In this document: in pieces, positions 57,282-64,000 of the stretch | Position numbering within the stretch: position 1 is the stretch's first letter | How the letters are laid out: each line of letters starts with the position of its first letter | NCBI GenBank assembly: GCA_045545475.1 | Contig: JAZQAZ010000047.1 | Location: forward strand, 32,001-96,000 | Direction: 5' to 3' | Source: Clostridia bacterium | GTDB lineage: Bacteria > Bacillota > Clostridia > CAKSNL01 > HGM11501 | DNA length: 64,000 nt | Position numbers and translations under genes: made by a program | Notes under the pieces: model-generated | The model's database searches: none | Told to the model about the DNA's origin: nothing | Seen by the model: only the letters and a program-made list of their open reading frames with translations

Positions 57282-58502
57282 TTATAAACTGTAAAGCGTT
57301 TTTTCTTTTTCTTTACGGCAAAGCCATATGCCGTTTGTAAAGTCGGGGATACCTACGGGCATGCCTGTTGCAATGGATTCATCCGAAAGTGCGGTAATGC
57401 ACATTGCAGATGCCGCATCGTAAACGTCAACGGGACTTTCCCAACCGTTTTTTATAGACTGGGCAAAAGCGGATAAAACAAGACCGTCCATACCGCCGTG
57501 ACCGCCCGTGAGACCTTCTTTTAGTGTTTTTTTCCAGAGAGGATGGTCATATTCAGAGTAAAAGTCTTCTATATTGCCGTAAAAATCCTTATGAGCTTCG
57601 GATTTGTGATGCTCCGGGATGTTATCAAAATAGAATGAATCGCCGTTTTCCGTAAATATTCCCTTTGTTCCGTGAACGGAAAGGTCACGGCTGTAAAAAC
57701 GGGGAAGGGTTGTTTCAAGGTTAAGATGTATTGTTTCACCGTGGGCACACTTTATAATTGTTGTAACAACGTCGCCGTGCATAGCACCGTAAGGAAGAAT
57801 ATCTTCTGTGCCAAAGCCGGTTTCTTTTGAATAATGTATAAGCCCCTTGGCAGGAGATGCCGCGGAATAAAGACTTACCATACGGTTACCGTTATTTATG
57901 TCCAAAAGCTTGAATATGGGGATAAGTGCGTGGGTGGGATAAGTATCGCAGTTGCGGTTTAAGTAGTTGCGGAGGCGGTAATGCTTTAATTCACGGGCAC
58001 GCGCCAGGGAATTACGAAGGTCGTGACAGTACCCACCGGAGCAATGAACAATATCTCCGAAAAGGTTTTGCCTCGCCATATTAAGAAGTATCATTTCGGT
58101 TCTTCCGTAGCAACAGTTTTCAAGCATCATAAAAAATGTGCCTGTTTCTTCCCAAGTATGTACTAATCTAAAGCAGTCATTTACGCTGTATGCACCGCCC
58201 ACTTCAAGACCGACGGGCATACCTGCCTTCATGCATTCTATTGCGATGGGAATGTGTGATTCCCAGTCGGTTGAAATGATAACAGCTTCAACTTCGCTAT
58301 CCTTTAATATATCGTGGAAATCTGTGGTCGCCTTCGGGTTAAAGCCCTTTGCACCTATTTTTGCCGAAGCGGCTTCGAGCTTTTCTGAATCAATATCGCA
58401 TATCCAGCGAAGGGAAACATCCTCACGGGCAAGTATGCATCCGTGAAGCCAGTAGTCACCACGCCTTCCCATTCCGATAAAGCCGATTTTAAATTTATCC
58501 AT
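57282..58502 (-). CDS. GH109-like NAD+-dependent glycosidase, paralog B
   Basis: GFIGMGRRG, LENCCY, YPTH, TTLPRFYSR and GGHGGMD. Long identical blocks shared with paralog A. Confidence 0.8.
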   Translation of the reverse strand: MDKFKIGFIGMGRRGDYWLHGCILAREDVSLRWICDIDSEKLEAASAKIGAKGFNPKATTDFHDILKDSEVEAVIISTDWESHIPIAIECMKAGMPVGLEVGGAYSVNDCFRLVHTWEETGTFFMMLENCCYGRTEMILLNMARQNLFGDIVHCSGGYCHDLRNSLARARELKHYRLRNYLNRNCDTYPTHALIPIFKLLDINNGNRMVSLYSAASPAKGLIHYSKETGFGTEDILPYGAMHGDVVTTIIKCAHGETIHLNLETTLPRFYSRDLSVHGTKGIFTENGDSFYFDNIPEHHKSEAHKDFYGNIEDFYSEYDHPLWKKTLKEGLTGGHGGMDGLVLSAFAQSIKNGWESPVDVYDAASAMCITALSDESIATGMPVGIPDFTNGIWLCRKEKEKTLYSL

Positions 58503-58578
58503 AAATAACAGCCCTTTCGTACCTTTTTATTAATTATAGGTTAAAGGTATAAAGTTTGCAACAGTAAAAATTCGTGTT

Positions 58579-59325
58579 TTAATCTATAAAATTAATTTCG
58601 GTGATTTCAGAAGCACTTTCAGAATCAATATATAAAAGGAAGTCGGGATGAGTCTTTAAAAGTGTTGCGGGCACCATATTGGAAACTTCCTTTGCAGCAA
58701 GGGTCTTTGCGATAGCTTCGCTCTTTACCTTATAGGGAACGCAGGAAATTATCTTTTTGCAGAGCATAATTTGATAAGCGGTCATTGAAACAGCCTGCTT
58801 CGGCACATCGTCAATTGTGGCAAACCAGCCTTCGCCCATCTGCTGAGCCTTGCAACGCTCATTTAAGTCAACAACGATATAAGCTTCCTTTGTATCAAAG
58901 TCTGCAGGGGGATCGTTGAAGGCGATGTGGCCGTTTTCGCCGATTCCGATGAGGCCTAAATCAATGGGAGCTTTTCTTATTTCCTCTGTAAGGTGGGGGA
59001 TTCCCTCCGGCGTTCCGTCAACAAAGTGAGCAGCCTTTAAGGGGCCAACCTTTTCTACGAAACGTTCCTTTAAATATTTTCTGAAGCTTGCACCGTGAGT
59101 TTCGGGGAGGTTTACATATTCATCCAAGTGGAACATTTCAACCTTTGTCCAGTCAATTCCTTCTATCTTTGTCAAAGCATCAAGTGTGTCAAACTGGGAA
59201 GCACCTGTTGAAAGAGCAATTCTTGCCGAGCCCTTTTCCTCAATACACTTCTTTATTATTTCAGCCGATTCCTTTGCCGCGCTCTTTCCAAGCTCATAGC
59301 GGTCTTTTGCAATTCTTATTTCCAT
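58579..59325 (-). CDS. nagB: Glucosamine/galactosamine-6-phosphate deaminase-isomerase family
   Basis: STGASQ, FHLDEY and GIGENGHIAFNDP. Start is ATG 59325 or TTG 59334. Confidence 0.8.
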   Translation of the reverse strand: MEIRIAKDRYELGKSAAKESAEIIKKCIEEKGSARIALSTGASQFDTLDALTKIEGIDWTKVEMFHLDEYVNLPETHGASFRKYLKERFVEKVGPLKAAHFVDGTPEGIPHLTEEIRKAPIDLGLIGIGENGHIAFNDPPADFDTKEAYIVVDLNERCKAQQMGEGWFATIDDVPKQAVSMTAYQIMLCKKIISCVPYKVKSEAIAKTLAAKEVSNMVPATLLKTHPDFLLYIDSESASEITEINFID

Positions 59326-59326
59326 T

Positions 59327-60493
59327 TCAGTCAAGTTCCTTTCCTTCTATTATTACTTTCTTTATATTTATGCCCTCGTCAAAAAAGACAAGGTCTGCAT
59401 AATATCCTTCTTTTATTTCGCCGCGGTTTTTAAGATTCATAACTCTTGCAGGGTTTACGGTAAGCATTCTTACCGCACTGCAAAGGGGAATGTCCGCTTC
59501 TTTTACCGCAACACGCAAAAGCCTGTCGCATGTTGCAACGCTTCCGGCGTATGCACTTTTGTCGGTGAGATAGGCAACGCTTCCGTCACTTACGGTTAAA
59601 AGTCCGTCGTCTTTACGCCCTAAAATATATTCGCCTTCTGGCATTCCGGCACCTCGCATAGAGTCTGTGATAAGGCACATTCTTCTCTGACCTTTAATTT
59701 TGTAGATAAGGCTTAAAAGCTCCTTCGGAAGATGGATTCCGTCTGCTATCACCTCGACAAAAACCGCATCCTCAAGGTATGATGTATCAACGGCACCGAG
59801 TTTCCTTGAAAGATTTCTTCTTGTAACCTGGTTCATACCCGAATAAAGGTGGGTAGCAAGGGTGCAGCCTTCATCAATCAAAGGTTTTAATTCTTCGTAT
59901 ACAGCATCGGTGTGACCGAAGGAGGATGTTATGCCCTTTTCTTTGAGGAAACTGTTAAGCTCTCTGCTTCCTTTAAGCTCCGGTGCAAAACTTATTCTTC
60001 TTAAAGTGCCGCAGCCTTTTTTATAAAATTCCTCATACTCGGCCCTGTCGGGATTTTTTATGTATGCGGGGTTCTGTGCGCCGCACATTGAGTGGGAAAA
60101 ATAAGGCCCTTCAAGATGGCTTCCTGCAATATTGGGTTTTCCCGGTGCATTTTCTGCCATAACCTCTTTCACGTTTTCGATGAATTTTAATGTGTCCGTA
60201 AATGAGGAGGATGTGCAGGTGGGATAAATTGTTGTTGCACCGTGCTTTGCACTTACATAGGCGGCTTTTCTTACTGCATCTTTATCCCCGTCGGCATAAT
60301 CGAATCCGCCCGCACCGTGGGTGTGAATGTCGATAAAGCCTGATGAAACATAAAGGCCTTCTGCATCAATTTCTTCGTCAAAGGGAAGATTGTCTTCCGT
60401 AACTTTAGAAATTTTTCCGTCTTCTATGTAGATGTATCTTCCTTTGAGAAGAAAAGAGGAAACGATAACCGCATTTTTTATTCTTATTATCAT
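59327..60493 (-). CDS. nagA: N-acetylglucosamine-6-phosphate deacetylase
   Basis: GFIDIHTHG, HLEGPY, APE, GHT, THLYSGM, DGIH and LITD. Confidence 0.93.
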   Translation of the reverse strand: MIIRIKNAVIVSSFLLKGRYIYIEDGKISKVTEDNLPFDEEIDAEGLYVSSGFIDIHTHGAGGFDYADGDKDAVRKAAYVSAKHGATTIYPTCTSSSFTDTLKFIENVKEVMAENAPGKPNIAGSHLEGPYFSHSMCGAQNPAYIKNPDRAEYEEFYKKGCGTLRRISFAPELKGSRELNSFLKEKGITSSFGHTDAVYEELKPLIDEGCTLATHLYSGMNQVTRRNLSRKLGAVDTSYLEDAVFVEVIADGIHLPKELLSLIYKIKGQRRMCLITDSMRGAGMPEGEYILGRKDDGLLTVSDGSVAYLTDKSAYAGSVATCDRLLRVAVKEADIPLCSAVRMLTVNPARVMNLKNRGEIKEGYYADLVFFDEGINIKKVIIEGKELD

Positions 60494-60508
60494 AAAAACA
60501 CTCCTTTC

Positions 60509-60548
60509 TTGACAATTTTATTATAATGTGATATTATCAAACAGTCAA
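60509..60548. promoter_or_regulatory. Overlapping divergent sigmaA promoters for nagA (-) and AraC (+)
   Basis: Plus strand TTGACA(60509)-17-TATTAT(60532); minus strand TTGACT(60548)-17-TATAAT(60525). Confidence 0.6.
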
Positions 60549-60660
60549 TAGACTAAATTAACTTATTTTGTACAAAATTATATTTTTATATATAATTAAA
60601 TGCGATAAATAAGGATTAAATTATAATATATATAACAAAATATGATTGTGGGGTGGGAAA

Positions 60661-61476
60661 ATGCAGAGCTTTGACAGAAATCTTCCCGAAATGAATTGCT
60701 TTTCGCTTGAAGTTAAGGATATAGCCTTCCACGTTCCGCCCATTAAATGGAACGGGGACATACTGGGGCATATCGGGATAAACGATGTGTTCTTTTTCGT
60801 TCTTTCCGGTGAATGCTATATGAAAATAGAGGATGATTGCTTCATTGTGAAAAGTGGTCAGATTGCATATTTACCCAAAGGGAAAATGCGGGCATATACC
60901 CGTGTTACCGAAAATTTTGTGATGTACGAAATTGCTTTTGATATAAAGGCGGACGGGAAAGAACTTTTTCCTTTAATCGGCCTTGATAAAGGAGAATATG
61001 CCGTTGATACAGAAAATCCTGACGCCATTAAAGCATTGTTTGAGGGTGCATCCAGATACGAATTTAACAGAAGCGGATTTTTCGACATAGCGGCATCGGC
61101 AAAATGCTTTGAAATAATATCGGAGTATGCCAGGTTAAGATTGCTTACTGAAGGAAAGAAACAACCGTTTTCGGAGGTTATCGGCTATATGAAAAAGCAC
61201 ATAGGGGAGACTATATGCCTTGAAGAGCTTTCGAATGTGGCATTTATGCAGAAAAACTATTTCGTAAAAAAATTCCGCGAGGCTTATATGACTCCCCCTA
61301 TGGAATATTTTGCCCGCCTTAAAATTTATGAGGCGATGAAGTATCTTTCCGGAGGAGATATGAGAATTGACGAAACCGCAAAAATGGTGGGGATTTCAGA
61401 CAGTGCATATTTTTCGAGATTTTTCAAAAAACATACGGGACTTACTCCGGCCGATTACAGAAAGTTATTTAAATAA
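60661..61476 (+). CDS. AraC-family regulator divergent from nagA-nagB
   Basis: N-terminal cupin-like region; IDETAKMVGISDSAYFSRFFKKHTGLTPADYRK. Confidence 0.9.
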   Translation: MQSFDRNLPEMNCFSLEVKDIAFHVPPIKWNGDILGHIGINDVFFFVLSGECYMKIEDDCFIVKSGQIAYLPKGKMRAYTRVTENFVMYEIAFDIKADGKELFPLIGLDKGEYAVDTENPDAIKALFEGASRYEFNRSGFFDIAASAKCFEIISEYARLRLLTEGKKQPFSEVIGYMKKHIGETICLEELSNVAFMQKNYFVKKFREAYMTPPMEYFARLKIYEAMKYLSGGDMRIDETAKMVGISDSAYFSRFFKKHTGLTPADYRKLFK

Positions 61477-61548
61477 TAAATATTTCCTATTGCAAAAGCT
61501 TGGGTTTTGATGTAAAATAAGATAATGCACAAAAAAGGAGAATGAGTT

Positions 61549-63237
61549 ATGGATTTTAAGTCATATATTGCAGAAAAAATAGCTGTGGCAGCCGAGGGAG
61601 ATAAGGAAGCAATCCTTGCTTTAATCGAAAAGCCGAAGGACGAAACTATGGGAGATGCGGCGTTTCCCTGCTTTTCGCTTTCCAAGGTTTTAAGAAAAGC
61701 TCCCAATATGATTGCGGCGGACCTTGCTGAAAAAATCGCATCCGACGATGTGATTGGCGAAGTATCTGCTGTCGGCGGCTATCTTAATTTCTTTTTTAAT
61801 AAAAAGTTTTTTGTAGCGGATCTTGCAGAAAAAATTATAAAAGAGGGCGACTCCTACGGAAAGAGCATCGATGGCGAAGGGAAAACCGTTGTAATCGACT
61901 TTTCCTCTCCAAACATTGTAAAGCCCTTCCACGTAGGTCATTTGTTCTCCACAGCTGTCGGAAACTCTTTGTCCAGAATATATGATTTTCTTGGTTATAA
62001 GGTGGAAAAGCTTAATTACCTTGGGGACTGGGGAACTCAGTTCGGCAAGGTAATTACCGCATATAAAATGTGGGGAGATAAAGAAATTGTTGAAAAAGAC
62101 CCCATAAACGAACTCAATAAGCTTTATGTGAGATTCCACGAGGAAGCGGAAAAGGATTCTTCCTTGGAGGACAGAGCAAGAAGTGAATTTCATCTTCTTG
62201 AAACAGGAGACGAAGAAAACTACGGACTCTGGAACTGGTTCCGTGAGGTTAGTATAGAAGAATTCAAAAAGGTGTATGACAAAATGGGTATCACCTTTGA
62301 TTCCTATAACGGCGAAGCATTTTTTGCAAAGAGGACAGACTCAATTGTAGGCGAGCTTAAGGAGAAAAATCTTCTTACCTTAAGTGAAGGTGCATATATA
62401 GTTGAGTTTCCCGATATGCCTCCTGCAATCGTGCTGAAGCAGGACGGCTCCACAATTTATACCACCCGTGACCTGGCATCTGCCGAATACAGAGCAAATA
62501 CATACAATTTTGATAAGAACATCTACGTTGTGGGACTTCCTCAGAGTCTTCACTTCAAGCAGATTTTTGCAACACTTGAAAAGCTCGGCAAGGACTATGC
62601 GGAAAAATGTACCCATGTCGGTTTCGGAACGGTTAAGTTTGCAACCGGTGCTATGTCGACAAGAAGCGGAAATGTTGTACTTCTTGAAACAGTTTTATCC
62701 GAGGCAATAAACAAAACTGCCGAGATTATGCGTGCCAACGGAAACAGTGAGGAAGATATTGCTGATGCTGCAAATAAGGTGGGGATCGGTGCAATTTTCT
62801 ACACCTTCCTTAAAAACAGCCGTGAAAAGGACATCATCTTTGACTGGGATGATATTCTGGACTTCAACGGCGAGTCAGGTCCTTATGTACAGTACAGCTA
62901 TGCAAGAGGAAAGAGCGTAATGCGTAAGGCTGAAATAAAAGATTATTCCGGTGCAAGCTTTGACTACGATATAACCCCCGAAGAATACTCTCTTTGCAAG
63001 CTGCTTTCGGAATTTTCCGACACAGTAAGAGCGGCGGCCGAAAAGAACGAGCCTTTCTACATCAACCGTTATGTGACAAATGTTGCAAAGGCATTCAATA
63101 AATTCTACAATACAACTCCCATATTAAAGGGAGATGAAAACACGATGAAGGCAAGATTGTTACTTACAGAGGCAACCACAATCTGCATAAAGAACGCTCT
63201 TGCACTTCTCGGAATAAACACAGTTGAAAGAATGTAA
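61549..63237 (+). CDS. argS: Arginine--tRNA ligase
   Basis: DFSSPNIVKPFHVGH, NYLGDWGTQFG, MSTRSG, GPYVQYSYAR and terminal ERM. Confidence 0.97.
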   Translation: MDFKSYIAEKIAVAAEGDKEAILALIEKPKDETMGDAAFPCFSLSKVLRKAPNMIAADLAEKIASDDVIGEVSAVGGYLNFFFNKKFFVADLAEKIIKEGDSYGKSIDGEGKTVVIDFSSPNIVKPFHVGHLFSTAVGNSLSRIYDFLGYKVEKLNYLGDWGTQFGKVITAYKMWGDKEIVEKDPINELNKLYVRFHEEAEKDSSLEDRARSEFHLLETGDEENYGLWNWFREVSIEEFKKVYDKMGITFDSYNGEAFFAKRTDSIVGELKEKNLLTLSEGAYIVEFPDMPPAIVLKQDGSTIYTTRDLASAEYRANTYNFDKNIYVVGLPQSLHFKQIFATLEKLGKDYAEKCTHVGFGTVKFATGAMSTRSGNVVLLETVLSEAINKTAEIMRANGNSEEDIADAANKVGIGAIFYTFLKNSREKDIIFDWDDILDFNGESGPYVQYSYARGKSVMRKAEIKDYSGASFDYDITPEEYSLCKLLSEFSDTVRAAAEKNEPFYINRYVTNVAKAFNKFYNTTPILKGDENTMKARLLLTEATTICIKNALALLGINTVERM

Positions 63238-63243
63238 GCTATA

Positions 63244-63273
63244 AAGCCGAGGGGAATCGACTCCCCTCGGCTT
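63244..63273 (+). other. Strong hairpin between argS and helD, without a U tract
   Basis: AAGCCGAGGGGA-ATCGAC-TCCCCTCGGCTT. Confidence 0.55.
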
Positions 63274-63293
63274 ACAAAAGGAGGTGAGTACCC

Positions 63294-64000
63294 ATGAGTA
63301 TAGAAGAAAAAGACTTTTTGGAAGAACAGGAATATCTTGACACTGTCATGGATGTGCTCGCACACCTTCTCGACAAAAGGCGTCAGGCTCTTGAAAAATC
63401 TAAAAGAGAGGTAATAGAGCTTAACAAGACAATGATGGATGACATCGGAAACGATGTGCAGTCCTTGGGTAAGTTTGTTGATGCCTATTCCTACCTTGTG
63501 GAAATTGACAGCCGTGCAGGAGCAATGCATGACAGTGAGGTGGAATATGCAAGGCTTCTTACAATGCAGAATACACCTTATTTTGCAAGGATGGATTTTA
63601 AGCTTAAGGACTCATGTCCGATGAAAATTTACATCGGAATAAACAGCCTTATAGACGAAGAAAAGCTTGACTTTTATGTGTTTGACTGGCGAAGCCCTAT
63701 AGCGGGAATGTACTATGATTTTGAGCTTGGAGATGCAAAGTATTCTTCTCCCGGCGGTGAGGTTTCGGGCGAAGTAACGTTAAAAAGACAGTTTAAGATA
63801 TGGAAGGGCGAAATCCTTTCTGCATACGACAGCTCAATTGCCATCGAGGATGATGTGTTGTCCGAAGCACTCTCAAAAAGTGCTGATTCCAAAATGAGAG
63901 ATATTGTCTGCACAATACAGCGTGAACAGAATCAGATTATAAGGGATAAAGAAAGCAAATACTTAATTGCTTTCGGTCCTGCGGGAAGTGGAAAAACCTC
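63294..64000 (+). CDS. helD: HelD-like RNA polymerase recycling helicase, truncated by window edge
   Basis: Hand translation gives MSIEEKDFLEEQEYL...PYFARMDF...IYIG...DWRSPIA..YY...KRQF...MRDIVCTIQREQNQIIR...GPAGSGKT. RBS AGGAGGTG. Confidence 0.9.
   Translation, partial: MSIEEKDFLEEQEYLDTVMDVLAHLLDKRRQALEKSKREVIELNKTMMDDIGNDVQSLGKFVDAYSYLVEIDSRAGAMHDSEVEYARLLTMQNTPYFARMDFKLKDSCPMKIYIGINSLIDEEKLDFYVFDWRSPIAGMYYDFELGDAKYSSPGGEVSGEVTLKRQFKIWKGEILSAYDSSIAIEDDVLSEALSKSADSKMRDIVCTIQREQNQIIRDKESKYLIAFGPAGSGKT

Overview
A 64-kb chromosomal window from a low-GC, spore-forming Clostridia-class firmicute, probably Oscillospiraceae/Ruminococcaceae-like. This placement is inferred from the SASP, YtxC-like and LysM-GH18 spore genes, ChW repeats, a T-box and canonical sigmaA promoters. 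Most genes lie on the + strand. Housekeeping genes are glyQS (truncated by the left edge), valS-folC, murD, hslO, ppa, argS, helD (truncated by the right edge) and a Val-Asp-Phe-Gly-Cys tRNA operon. Between them are catabolic modules beside AraC regulators: a GH2 beta-galactosidase, a DMT transporter, an FAD oxidoreductase and nagA-nagB with two GH109-like paralogs. Two cis-regulatory RNAs are visible: a yybP-ykoY riboswitch before a P-type ATPase and a Leu-specifier T-box. The most unusual items are: (1) a Leu T-box-controlled two-gene operon encoding an apparently catalytically dead LeuA with an intact leucine-binding regulatory domain, plus a degenerate TIM-barrel/acyl-CoA ligase fusion; (2) an integrase-free ~0.64-kb islet at the tRNA-Cys 3' end, bounded by a near-duplication of the tRNA end and carrying a comb-like multi-hairpin repeat element and a four-helix-bundle (IVS/Avd-like) gene; (3) a pseudokinase-STAND-TPR protein; (4) a cytoplasmic B3-type metallo-beta-lactamase homolog translationally coupled to murD; (5) a nitrilase-GDPD fusion. 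No CRISPR array, transposase, integrase or prophage is seen. All family calls come from motif recognition by eye, not from database searches.
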